Shown piece after piece: positions 1-9,389 of a stretch of 64,000 nucleotides of DNA. The translations under genes and the position numbers were made by a program. This DNA comes from an uncultured candidate division Zixibacteria bacterium (GTDB lineage Bacteria; Zixibacteria; MSB-5A5; RBG-16-43-9). The notes below the pieces were generated by a model that did no database searches, was not told the origin of the DNA, and saw nothing but the letters and a program-made list of their open reading frames with translations. Every line of letters starts with the position of its first letter. Within the stretch, counting starts at the first letter, position 1. The stretch covers positions 1,792,001-1,856,000 of the forward strand of contig OY970208.1 of NCBI GenBank assembly GCA_963713865.1, in the 5' to 3' direction.

Positions 1-13
1 GGAATTAGGCTAC

Positions 14-475
14 ATGGTAAATCGAGATGAGCATTCAGCCATAGGCGGAACTTTTGTTATAGATGTAGAACCAGATGGAGGTGCATCTCGACTTGGATTA
101 AAAGCCAGATACCGCTACTGGTTAAGCGGAAATAGAAGCGTGGATATTGCTCCCGGCATATTATTAACCAACTGGAAAGACAAGTTTGACTTTCCGTCAT
201 TTACTTGCCATGCAGGCTTGAACTTGAATAAATGGTTTGCTATAACCGGGCAAGTTGACATCGTGCGTTGGAAAACATCCGGTTATGAATGCACCTTGCA
301 AAATGGTCAGACCCAGTTCACATGGCAGGAAAAAACAGTTACCAAACCGGAGTGGTATGTAGGATTCAAATTCGGAACCCCAGCCGGGGCAGGTATTGGT
401 ACATCTGCCATAGTAGTTGCAGCTCTGGCTGTGGCAATCACTTTCTCTGGTCCCATCATTAAAGGGCCTTTTTAG
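14..475 (+). CDS. hypothetical membrane/outer-membrane protein, probably 5'-truncated by the window edge
   Basis: Frame is open back to base 2 (ELGY-M). Amphipathic beta-strand pattern and hydrophobic C-terminal segment. Confidence 0.55.
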   Translation: MVNRDEHSAIGGTFVIDVEPDGGASRLGLKARYRYWLSGNRSVDIAPGILLTNWKDKFDFPSFTCHAGLNLNKWFAITGQVDIVRWKTSGYECTLQNGQTQFTWQEKTVTKPEWYVGFKFGTPAGAGIGTSAIVVAALAVAITFSGPIIKGPF

Positions 476-533
476 GCGAAGAATCCATAGAATTAATTTC
501 TTTGAAAATTAAGTTTCAAGGAGGAGGAGATAG

Positions 534-1259
534 ATGAAAAATTTAACTATTCTTTTGACAGGATTTGGACTGGGTTTAATCCTGGTCGCATGTGGGTTTG
601 AAAAATCCTCAGCAGCGGAAAAGGAGATTGACTCTCATGTTGATACTCTCTTAGGTGGTCAGGTGATAATAAATCAACCTGTAGAGATGGAAGCTAAGAG
701 GAATTTCATCTACATTGAGCCGGGTCCAGTAAAGTCGGATAAGATAGCTGGAGAAATCTTCGCAGGTGGAGCAGGAGCGTTATTAGGCGGAGTTTTGGGG
801 GCAGGTATAGGGTATAGCTTAACTTACAAGGAAAATGAGGGAGATTGGTTTAATTTAAGTGGTGTACCCGGGGCAGTTGTAGGATATGCTATAGCTTCAA
901 ATTTAGGTTGCGCTCTTGGGGTTTACTTAATAGGAAACAGTGGAGATGAAAAAGGGTCTTTTGGTGATGCCTTTGGTGGAAGTGTTGCAGGATCTTTGCT
1001 GGGTGGGGGATTGGCTTACTTAATCGCTCAGACTGATAAAGAAGCTGATGGAATATCATATGAATATGCTGTTTTTGTCGTAGCTGGCCAGGCTACAGGT
1101 GCAATCATAGGTTTCAATCATTCCAGAAAAAAGAAAGCGAAGATACCATCTGAGGGTTTGCTGAACATAAATAGCGGAAAACTGAGTCTAGCTTTTCCTC
1201 AGGTTGATATTTCCAAAGATTCTGATTATAAAGTTAATCTTTTTCAAGTAAAGTTTTAA
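534..1259 (+). CDS. hypothetical glycine-zipper membrane (lipo)protein
   Basis: GGAGGAGG RBS, LVAC lipobox-like signal, GxxxG-rich hydrophobic helices, C-terminal Phe. Confidence 0.6.
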   Translation: MKNLTILLTGFGLGLILVACGFEKSSAAEKEIDSHVDTLLGGQVIINQPVEMEAKRNFIYIEPGPVKSDKIAGEIFAGGAGALLGGVLGAGIGYSLTYKENEGDWFNLSGVPGAVVGYAIASNLGCALGVYLIGNSGDEKGSFGDAFGGSVAGSLLGGGLAYLIAQTDKEADGISYEYAVFVVAGQATGAIIGFNHSRKKKAKIPSEGLLNINSGKLSLAFPQVDISKDSDYKVNLFQVKF

Positions 1260-1274
1260 AGAGGAGGAGTAAAA

Positions 1275-2120
1275 ATGAAATTAGGATTAAAGCTTTGTTC
1301 GGTTTTGATGGTTCTGCCATTGGTTATGGGTGTACAGAAACATCGCTCGGATTCGCTCTATACGGATTTGACTATTGGAGGTGGAAGCGGCTCCTATGGA
1401 AACACTTTTTATACCCGGGCTTATACACCGGGATCAGGAACAGGGTGTGAAGGCAGTGGTAGTGGAGATTCTTACACCTACTATGAACATCGGAAAAAGA
1501 TAGGTTATCAGGACGGTGGTATTGGCTTTGAGACAGCTGTTTCCAAAAAGGCAAAGATTGGACTCAGAGCCGGCTATGTCAAGGATACCAGGGTTGAGGT
1601 GTTCGAGTCTGAATATCAGTTTAAATCTAAAACCAGCTATATCATCAATCCTCATTTTTCCTTCGAGTGGAGTTATTTTGACTTGGGTTTAGGTTTAGTG
1701 ATGGCTTCCGATGGCATTCATTATCCTTCGTTTAAGCAAGGGGACTATGGAGAAAATTATTTCAACGGAAACGGCTATGAAAAATCGGTTTTACCCAGTT
1801 ACCATTTACGCCTGGGGAATCCAGAATATATCTATGCATCAGTTAGCCATTTAGAGAATATCCCTCTTATCTCCGGTGGAGGATACCTTAATTATGGAAT
1901 TGGAACTGAGGCTATTCCCTGTTTTTCCTTATGGGTGGGGGTAAGCGACAAAAAACCCTTCGAGAAAAGTTCCTTTTTGTTGAAAGCTGGGCTTAAACTG
2001 AATCGAAATCTGTCTTTAAATTTTGCCTATCGCTCTGGTGAAAGTAAGGGGGATTATACATACCAACCTATAAAAGAGAGAGGATTTTCTACCAGACTGA
2101 ACTACAGGTTCTTCAGGTAA
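1275..2120 (+). CDS. hypothetical outer-membrane beta-barrel-like protein
   Basis: GAGGAGG RBS, signal peptide, aromatic alternating strands, ends RLNYRFFR. Confidence 0.55.
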   Translation: MKLGLKLCSVLMVLPLVMGVQKHRSDSLYTDLTIGGGSGSYGNTFYTRAYTPGSGTGCEGSGSGDSYTYYEHRKKIGYQDGGIGFETAVSKKAKIGLRAGYVKDTRVEVFESEYQFKSKTSYIINPHFSFEWSYFDLGLGLVMASDGIHYPSFKQGDYGENYFNGNGYEKSVLPSYHLRLGNPEYIYASVSHLENIPLISGGGYLNYGIGTEAIPCFSLWVGVSDKKPFEKSSFLLKAGLKLNRNLSLNFAYRSGESKGDYTYQPIKERGFSTRLNYRFFR

Positions 2121-2544
2121 TAAGGTATTGGTCGTATCAGGAGCTACTCCTGATACCCAATCTTCAGACAGGTCCAGGACCTGACTGAACAATAGAATGT
2201 AACGGAGGAATAAAAAGTGTCCACGAAAATATCAAAAGGGGTAGTTGGGGTGGTACGTAGCAGAGGTTCAAAACCTCTGCTATGTAAAAGGATTTTGTTT
2301 GACTTCTTTCATTTTTGTGGTATAAATATAGTGTTAATACAAAGCATATTAAGATTTATTAATTATATAGAATTGAAAAAACTTTTAACCTTAAAAAAGA
2401 TTTTAAATTAAGGCATTATGCTGTTTTTTTGTCAACGCGTTGACTCTGTTTGCAGAAGGAGGTGATTCAAAATATTTATAATGTAGTGCTCGGGAAGAAG
2501 TTTAATCGGGGAACATTAATTTTTAAAGGTTAAGGAGGAAAAAG

Positions 2545-4713
2545 ATGAAAAAGTTAATCGTTTTAATCGGGATTATCGGGATTCTGGGTATGTTCACTTT
2601 TGCTCAGGCGCAGGTTGATACTTTAACAATCTTACATCTGAACGATACCCATTCCCATCTCCTGCCCTATGGTCCTAAAGATGCTAGTGGAAACTGGACC
2701 TGGGGTGGGATGGCAAGGATAGCTACTTTAGTGGGGATGAACAGGATGTCTTTAAATAAAGTAATGCTTCTGCATTCTGGAGATATTTACCTTGGTGATT
2801 TTATGTTTCAAAAATACTTAAGCGTGGCAGAGCTTGAGATTATGAAAGCTCTGAACTATGATGCTATGGAATTAGGGAATCATGAATTCGACCTGTATCC
2901 CTCTACCCTTAAATATGTACTGAATGAAGCAGGATTCCCGGGCTCTGGATTTCCGGTTCTATGTGCCAATCTGGATATCTCCGGTGATCCAGAAATAGGT
3001 TATTTTGTCAAGCCTTACATTATAAAGGAGTATGGAGATCTAAAAGTCGGTATTTTTGGACTTTTAACTGAGAGCACCAATCAGATATCCAATCCTTCAC
3101 CGGTGGCAGTGCTTCCACCTTTATCTGTGGCTCAGATTTGGGTTGACTCTTTAAAGTATGGTCTTGACTGCGATATTGTAGTCCTCCTATCACACTTAGG
3201 AGTTTTCGAAGATCAACTGCTGGCTTCCTCTGTGACTGGAATAGATATCATAGTAGGTGGGCATACTCACACCTTACTTGCTACACCAGTTCAGATTGGA
3301 AATACCTTGATACTTCAGGCAGGAGAGTTCGGGAGATATTTAGGTAAACTGTCTCTATACCTGAATAATAAGACAATATCGGGCTGGAATTATGAGCTTC
3401 AGTCAGTTGATTCTTCTGTCCCGGAGGAACCGACATTGGCTTTTATGATTGGTCAATTAGCTGGAGGGGTAGAGACAGATCCGAGGTTCGGTCCAGTATA
3501 CACAGAGGTAATAGCTCAGGCCAAAACCGATATACAAAAGCCTTTAGGTGAAGGATTATTTAAAGATAATCCTTTAGGGAATCTGGTCTCAGATGCTTTG
3601 AGAGATAAAACCGGAACTGATATTGCCATTTATCCTCAGGGGTTTATGTCCCAGACTATTTATGCAGGAGCAGTTAAAGGTGCAGATATATGGCAGGCAA
3701 TCCCTTATGGCTTTGACCCAACCTCTGGATTAGGATTTAAGCTGGCAACTTTTCAGACCGATGGGATGTCAATCATTTACGGTTTAGAGTTTTCAGTTTA
3801 TAATCTCCCTTATATCGAGGATTTCTTTTTACATTGTTCTAATTTTTCCTATGCTTATAGTTCATCCAGTTCTCCTGGCTCCAGAGTAGATTATTCATCA
3901 ATTTTGGTGAATGGTCAACCTTTAAATCCTTACTCAAGCTATACCGTAACAGTTCCAGATGGAGTGGTTCCTTTTTTGAGTCAGATACCGGGATTTCAAA
4001 TTAATAATCTTTCAGTTACTGATCATTTCATTTATACTGTTGTAAAAGATTACATGATTTCTAATTCGCCAGTTTCATATTATACCGAGGGGAGAGTTGT
4101 CGATCTAGCTCAGCTTTCTGATCCGCTCAAAGGGATTGCAGCTCTTAAAGACGTCATAGACATCAATCTCGGAAATGGTTCAATAGATAATCATGCCATT
4201 GCTTGTATTTTAAAGTGGCAATTGCACAGGGTCCAATCTTTCTTACAGGAAGATAAATATGAGAAAGCTTTGAGAGCACTAAGAGTTTTCGAACTTCTGG
4301 TAAAATCTCAATCTAACAGGCATATCTCCTCAGAATCAGCAGATAGAATTATTTATCTGACTGATAAACTGATGGAATCAATTCCAAAAACATTATATGC
4401 TGAATTTCTGGAAGATACAAAGAAAAATATACCGAATGAATTCCAGCTACTTCAGAATTATCCCAATCCCTTTAATCCACAAACACAGATTGCGTATACA
4501 TTACCAGAAGATTCTTATGTCAAGCTTACCATCTATAACGTTCTGGGACAAAAGGTAAAATTAATGGTAAATGAGTATCAGACCGCAGGGACTAAAAACG
4601 TGGTTTGGGATGGCAGGAACGAGAATGGAGAAAAGGTGACCAGCGGAATCTACTTCTATAAATTACAGGCAGGTAATTTCGTCCAGACTAAAAAAATGAG
4701 CGTGGTAAAATAG
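2545..4713 (+). CDS. secreted 5'-nucleotidase/UDP-sugar hydrolase family metallophosphatase with helical (FIMAH-like) module and FlgD-Ig/T9SS-like C-terminal domain
   Basis: LHLNDTHSH, SGD, GNHEFD, LSHLG, GGHTH motifs; tail QNYPNPFNP...WDG...SGIYFYKL. Confidence 0.85.
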   Translation: MKKLIVLIGIIGILGMFTFAQAQVDTLTILHLNDTHSHLLPYGPKDASGNWTWGGMARIATLVGMNRMSLNKVMLLHSGDIYLGDFMFQKYLSVAELEIMKALNYDAMELGNHEFDLYPSTLKYVLNEAGFPGSGFPVLCANLDISGDPEIGYFVKPYIIKEYGDLKVGIFGLLTESTNQISNPSPVAVLPPLSVAQIWVDSLKYGLDCDIVVLLSHLGVFEDQLLASSVTGIDIIVGGHTHTLLATPVQIGNTLILQAGEFGRYLGKLSLYLNNKTISGWNYELQSVDSSVPEEPTLAFMIGQLAGGVETDPRFGPVYTEVIAQAKTDIQKPLGEGLFKDNPLGNLVSDALRDKTGTDIAIYPQGFMSQTIYAGAVKGADIWQAIPYGFDPTSGLGFKLATFQTDGMSIIYGLEFSVYNLPYIEDFFLHCSNFSYAYSSSSSPGSRVDYSSILVNGQPLNPYSSYTVTVPDGVVPFLSQIPGFQINNLSVTDHFIYTVVKDYMISNSPVSYYTEGRVVDLAQLSDPLKGIAALKDVIDINLGNGSIDNHAIACILKWQLHRVQSFLQEDKYEKALRALRVFELLVKSQSNRHISSESADRIIYLTDKLMESIPKTLYAEFLEDTKKNIPNEFQLLQNYPNPFNPQTQIAYTLPEDSYVKLTIYNVLGQKVKLMVNEYQTAGTKNVVWDGRNENGEKVTSGIYFYKLQAGNFVQTKKMSVVK

Positions 4714-4729
4714 AATCATCCTTTATTCT

Positions 4730-4755
4730 AAAAAGCCCCCATCTGGGGGCTTTTT
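4730..4755. terminator. intrinsic terminator, bidirectional-type
   Basis: AAAAAGCCCCC-atct-GGGGGCTTTTT directly after the CDS. Confidence 0.8.
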
Positions 4756-4893
4756 ATTTTAAATTATGAAAATAGTTACACCCCTGTATTCTAAATAATA
4801 ATATATTTTGATTTCTCACACAGAATAAAAACTGATCCCTTTATAACCTCTTACAGTAATTGAGGATAATATTTTTAAATATTCAGCTCAATG

Positions 4894-4909
4894 GGGCACT
4901 CCTTTTGCA
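4894..4909 (+). promoter_or_regulatory. sigma54 -24/-12 promoter
   Basis: GGGCACTCCTTTTGCA, GG-N10-GC, about 37 nt before the radical SAM ATG. Confidence 0.6.
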
Positions 4910-4945
4910 ATTGAAGAATAATAGAAAATTGCTAAGGAGGTCTCT

Positions 4946-6349
4946 ATGAAAGTTCTTTTAATCTATCCAGACACCAGTCAGGAGAGTGTGATTCCTAAAA
5001 AGCTTATAAATATTGAACCTTTAGGATTAGAGTATCTGGCTGGAACAATCCCGGAGCATCAGGTTGAAATCCTGGATATGAAGTTGGAGCATAACTGGCA
5101 GAAGAAACTTGAGGAATACGAGCCTGAGGTGGTAGGTATTTCCGGGACGGTGATTCATTCTTATCGGATGCTGGAGATTCTGAAAAAAGCAAAAGAGCTA
5201 AATCCCCTGACTTTGACTATTATAGGTGGAACTCATGCTACTCTGTCGCCAGAAGATTTTAATCAGCCCTGGGTGGATGTAATTGTCCTGGGTCACCGGG
5301 TTTCATCTTTCAGACAAATAGTCCAGAATTTTGAGTGGAAAAAATCATTTGAAAAAATTGGAGGGATAGCTTTACCTCAAAAAAACAAGCTATATTTTAC
5401 TACCACAAATAATAAGATAACCAGTTTAGACCATCTCCCTATGCCCCGAAGGGATTTAACTCAAAAATATCGTAAAAGATATTTCCATTTAGTCTGGAGA
5501 CCAACTGCTTTGATAGTTACCTCAGCCGGCTGCCCGTATCAGTGTAATTTCTGTCCCTGCCCGGTTCTTACCGGAGGAAAATTCTTAAAAAGGTCGCCGG
5601 AGCTGGTGCTGGAAGAATTATCTCAGATAAAAGAAGAATATATCTATGCCGGGGATGACAACTTTTTCTTTGATTATCAGCACGCTCTGAAAATATACCA
5701 GTTGATAAAAGATTCAGGTATCAAAAAGCAGTATTATATCTTAAGCCGGGTTGATGAGATAAACCGTCATCCGGATATAGTGGAGAAGTGGGTAGAGATC
5801 GGACTGAAAAAGGTCTTTTTAGGACTGGAGTCCTTTAAAGATGAAGAACTTAAATCTTTAAATAAAAAATGCACAGTAGAGAAAAATAATCGGGCAATAG
5901 AGATTTTGCATAAAAATAAAGTCGACCCTTTAGGAGCTTTTGTGATTCAGCCTTATTATAAGAAAGAGGATTTTGATGCACTCTTAGAATATATGGACAA
6001 AATGAAGATTTATTATCATGAGTTCACCATTTTAACCCCCTTCCCCGGGACTGAATTCTTCGACAAAGTCAAAGGTCAACTGCTCTTTACAGATAGCCGC
6101 CTTTTCGATTTGGCACACAGTCTTCTGCCCACCGAGCTCCCTTCAGAAGAGTTCTACAGACTCTATAGCCGACTTTATCGGAAAGCATTTTCTCCAATTA
6201 GAGCCTTAAAGATTAAGCCAACTGTTTCCCCCTTTGCTAAAATGGGTTTTATAAGACTTTTACCCGGGCTTTTTGCTTTATTTTATGCTGGTAGAAAAGC
6301 CTTTAGGGATTTAGCGAAACTTAAAAGCACTGCTCCACTCTTCTCTTGA
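4946..6349 (+). CDS. B12-binding domain radical SAM protein
   Basis: N-terminal PLGLEYLA...GGTHAT cobalamin-binding domain; CPYQCNFC motif; GLES. Confidence 0.9.
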   Translation: MKVLLIYPDTSQESVIPKKLINIEPLGLEYLAGTIPEHQVEILDMKLEHNWQKKLEEYEPEVVGISGTVIHSYRMLEILKKAKELNPLTLTIIGGTHATLSPEDFNQPWVDVIVLGHRVSSFRQIVQNFEWKKSFEKIGGIALPQKNKLYFTTTNNKITSLDHLPMPRRDLTQKYRKRYFHLVWRPTALIVTSAGCPYQCNFCPCPVLTGGKFLKRSPELVLEELSQIKEEYIYAGDDNFFFDYQHALKIYQLIKDSGIKKQYYILSRVDEINRHPDIVEKWVEIGLKKVFLGLESFKDEELKSLNKKCTVEKNNRAIEILHKNKVDPLGAFVIQPYYKKEDFDALLEYMDKMKIYYHEFTILTPFPGTEFFDKVKGQLLFTDSRLFDLAHSLLPTELPSEEFYRLYSRLYRKAFSPIRALKIKPTVSPFAKMGFIRLLPGLFALFYAGRKAFRDLAKLKSTAPLFS

Positions 6350-6412
6350 ATATTTTAGATTGTGTCAGAAGGTATTTTATTTGATTTAAAACTTTGTGAG
6401 TAAAAATAATAT

Positions 6413-6442
6413 TTGACAAATCAACTTAAGTTTTGATATATT
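6413..6442 (+). promoter_or_regulatory. sigma70-type promoter
   Basis: TTGACA-18-TATATT with TG extension, upstream of ferredoxin. Confidence 0.55.
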
Positions 6443-6509
6443 TATGCTTGAAAATGAGGAGTTAATTCGTATTAATTTAGGTTATAAATCGAGGAGGTGA
6501 TTATAGAAA

Positions 6510-6698
6510 ATGGCGATGAAGATAACCGATGAATGCACTGCGTGCGGTCTTTGCCTGCCGGAGTGTCCTCAAACCGCAATAAGCGAAGGGGATATATATG
6601 TGGTTGACCCTAACAAGTGCAATGAGTGCGAAGGCATAGAGGGTGGATCCAAATGTGTGCAGGTCTGCCCGGTTGATTGTATAATCAAAGCTACTTGA
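6510..6698 (+). CDS. 2[4Fe-4S] ferredoxin (YfhL-like)
   Basis: CTACGLCLPECP and CNEC...CVQVCP; GGAGGTG RBS. Confidence 0.92.
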   Translation: MAMKITDECTACGLCLPECPQTAISEGDIYVVDPNKCNECEGIEGGSKCVQVCPVDCIIKAT

Positions 6699-6839
6699 GG
6701 CTGTTAGAAAATATATTTTGGGATTTTGAGTATATAAATACGCCGTCGTTTTCCTGCGGATCCAACTTCGGACCTCAAGGAGCGATGGCGTTTTGACTCA
6801 TTTCAATAAGTTTATCATCGACTAACTTCAGGATAAAAA

Positions 6840-7040
6840 GTGAGTGGTAAAACCATAATAATATTAGTCCTTTCATTTTTATTAGTGATTTTCATCTTGC
6901 AAAATACCGGAATAGTTTTAATCAAAATACTTTTCTGGTCTTTGCAAATGTCCCGCTCTCTTCTGGTATTTTTGTTCTTTTTTATGGGATTTATGCTTGG
7001 GTATTTTATTTTTTCAGCATCAAGGAAAAAAGGGGGTTGA
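6840..7040 (+). CDS. LapA/DUF1049-family small membrane protein
   Basis: Two hydrophobic helices with FILQN motif and basic tail. Confidence 0.7.
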   Translation: MSGKTIIILVLSFLLVIFILQNTGIVLIKILFWSLQMSRSLLVFLFFFMGFMLGYFIFSASRKKGG

Positions 7041-7066
7041 GTTTAAATTCGCTTACGGTCTAAAAA

Positions 7067-7495
7067 ATGCCAAAATTTAAATTTTTAGATGACGTGGCAA
7101 TTGCAGATGCGGCCTTTATAGCTTATGGAAAGACTTTAGAGGAACTCTTTGAGTCCTGCGCTCTGGCTACTTTTGAGGTAATGGTGGTGACAAAAGGGAT
7201 CAAACCTGAGCAGAAAGAAGAAATAATGATAAAAGATCAGAATCTGGATGACCTTCTATTTGATTTTATATCCGAGCTTATCTATTTGAAAGATGTCCGG
7301 AAGATCTTTTTTTCCAAGTTCGATTTACTGATTAGAAAATACAAAGACTATAAATTGACTGGAACCGTTTGGGGTGAAAAGATCGATTATAAAAAACAAG
7401 AAATTAAAAGAGATGTGAAAGCTATCACTTATCACCTGCTTGAAATTAAGAAGAGTGGTGATGGCTGGAAAGCACAGGTAATTTTAGATACGTGA
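7067..7495 (+). CDS. archease
   Basis: FLDDVAIAD, VKAITYH, C-terminal ILDT; adjacent to rtcB. Confidence 0.9.
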   Translation: MPKFKFLDDVAIADAAFIAYGKTLEELFESCALATFEVMVVTKGIKPEQKEEIMIKDQNLDDLLFDFISELIYLKDVRKIFFSKFDLLIRKYKDYKLTGTVWGEKIDYKKQEIKRDVKAITYHLLEIKKSGDGWKAQVILDT

Positions 7496-7502
7496 GAGGA
7501 TT

Positions 7503-8948
7503 ATGCAGACTAAAAAAATAGAAGAGCATATCTGGGAGATTCCAGTTACTGAAAAGGAGGGGATGAGAGTTCCTGCCAGGATTATTGCTTCTGAGAAGAT
7601 AATGAAAGAGATGGATCAAGGGGTTTTTAATCAGATCACCAATGTAGCTTGTTTGCCTGGAATTCAAAATTATGCTTATTGCATGCCGGACGGGCACTGG
7701 GGTTATGGTTTTCCCATAGGTGGGGTAGCAGCCTTTGATTTGAAAGAGGGGGTTATCTCGCCGGGAGGGATAGGGTTTGACATTAATTGCGGAGTAAGAT
7801 CAGTTCGCACCAACTTGACTTTTGAAGAGGTGAAGCCCAGGTTAAATGAGCTTATGGATGCTTTGTTCAGACTCATTCCAGCAGGTGTAGGCTCAACTGG
7901 TTTTGTTAAACTGAACACCGAAAGGTTTAAAGAAATTATGATCAAAGGTGTGGACTGGTGTATTCAGAACGATTATGGCTGGGAGGAGGATCGGGAAAGG
8001 ATTGAGCAGGGGGGAAGGATTCCGGGAGCTAATCCAGATAAAGTCAGTCAAAAATCAATTTCCAGAGGAATGGATCAGTTGGGTACTTTGGGTTCCGGGA
8101 ATCATTATCTTGAATTACAGGTGGCTCAGACTGAGAGGATTTTTCATCCGGAAGCAGCTAAGGTATTTGGCATAGATAGACCTAACCAGGTATTTGTGAT
8201 GATTCATTGTGGCTCAAGAGGGTTTGGACACCAGGTCGCGACAGATTACCTCAGGATCTTTACGGAGGCGATGAGAAAGTATAATATCCGGGTCCTGGAT
8301 AAAGAGCTTGCCTGTGCCCCTTTTAGTTCCCCTGAAGGGCAGGATTATTATGGGGCGATGCTCTGTGCGGCTAATTCTGCTTTTGCCAATCGGCAGGTGA
8401 TCCTGCATAAAATAAGAGAGGCTTTTAGCCAGGTCTTTCATAAAGACCCAAAAGAGTTAGGTATGCACATAGTATATGATGTCGCACATAATATTGCCAA
8501 AATAGAGGAACATCTGGTAAACGGTGGCAAGAAAAAGGTTTTGGTGCATCGCAAGGGGGCAACTCGCTCTTTTGGACCAGGCCATCCAGAAGTGCCTGAG
8601 TTCTACAAACAGATCGGTCAGCCGGTAATAGTAGGTGGTTCCATGGAAACTTCTTCTTACCTTTTAGTTGGCACTCAAAAAGCTATGGAGATGACTATGG
8701 GCTCAACCTTACACGGTTCAGGCAGGACTATGTCCAGAGAGGCGGCTAAGAGAAAGGTCAGAGGATATGAATTAAAGAAATCGATGGAGGAAAGAGGGAT
8801 TTCTGTCAGGGCAGTATCAATGCCTGGATTAGCGGAAGAGGCAGGTATTGCCTATAAAAACATTTCTGAAGTAGTGGAAGCTGTTGATCGAGCAGGGATT
8901 TCCAGAAAAGTAATAGAGCTGAAGCCGATAGGGAATATTAAAGGATAG
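7503..8948 (+). CDS. rtcB: RtcB RNA-splicing/repair ligase
   Basis: MPDGHWGYGFPIGG, GFDINCGVR, GSGNHYLE, HCGSRG, HRKGAT, HGSGR motifs. Confidence 0.95.
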   Translation: MQTKKIEEHIWEIPVTEKEGMRVPARIIASEKIMKEMDQGVFNQITNVACLPGIQNYAYCMPDGHWGYGFPIGGVAAFDLKEGVISPGGIGFDINCGVRSVRTNLTFEEVKPRLNELMDALFRLIPAGVGSTGFVKLNTERFKEIMIKGVDWCIQNDYGWEEDRERIEQGGRIPGANPDKVSQKSISRGMDQLGTLGSGNHYLELQVAQTERIFHPEAAKVFGIDRPNQVFVMIHCGSRGFGHQVATDYLRIFTEAMRKYNIRVLDKELACAPFSSPEGQDYYGAMLCAANSAFANRQVILHKIREAFSQVFHKDPKELGMHIVYDVAHNIAKIEEHLVNGGKKKVLVHRKGATRSFGPGHPEVPEFYKQIGQPVIVGGSMETSSYLLVGTQKAMEMTMGSTLHGSGRTMSREAAKRKVRGYELKKSMEERGISVRAVSMPGLAEEAGIAYKNISEVVEAVDRAGISRKVIELKPIGNIKG

Positions 8949-9208
8949 TTCAATCCAACATAGGTGGACAAAAGTTCAAGAGTTTAAAGGTTGAAAAAAC
9001 TTGTAGGTCGACCAAAGCAACACTTGGTCGACTTTTTATATTCTGGAGTATAAAGCTTTAGCTTTACTTAAATAGACAAACCTAAAGGTTTATACTCCAA
9101 AGGTTTTATATTGTACAAGAACATCTACTTTAAGTAAAAATAGAAGGGAATGGGAACTATCCACTGACCACTGTGAACTATTCACCAATTTTGTCCCGAT
9201 TAATCGGG

Positions 9209-9292
9209 ACAAAATTAAAAGAGGGTGTTGATTCTGTACGGGTATTGGGGGGTATGAACAACCCGAAGTTACAGACGCACCCTCGTTTTTCT
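9209..9292. ncRNA. putative structured small RNA, copy 1 (paralog of 11297-11382)
   Basis: Three-stem hairpin GAGGGTG/CACCCTC, TCTGTA/TACAGA, CGGGT/ACCCG with G6 (C6 on minus) loop. Strand not resolved. Confidence 0.5.
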
Positions 9293-9389
9293 ATTAAGAA
9301 TTTATACTACTGCTCTCAGGCGGATGTTATCATCTGCCTATTTCATCGCTGGTTGATAATATCCAGCGTGAGTAGAGATATTTCTCAAG

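Noticed and set aside
2217-2411. 64-aa ORF upstream of the nucleotidase
   Set aside because: Lies in an AT-rich promoter-like region with no recognisable motif; not supportable as a gene.
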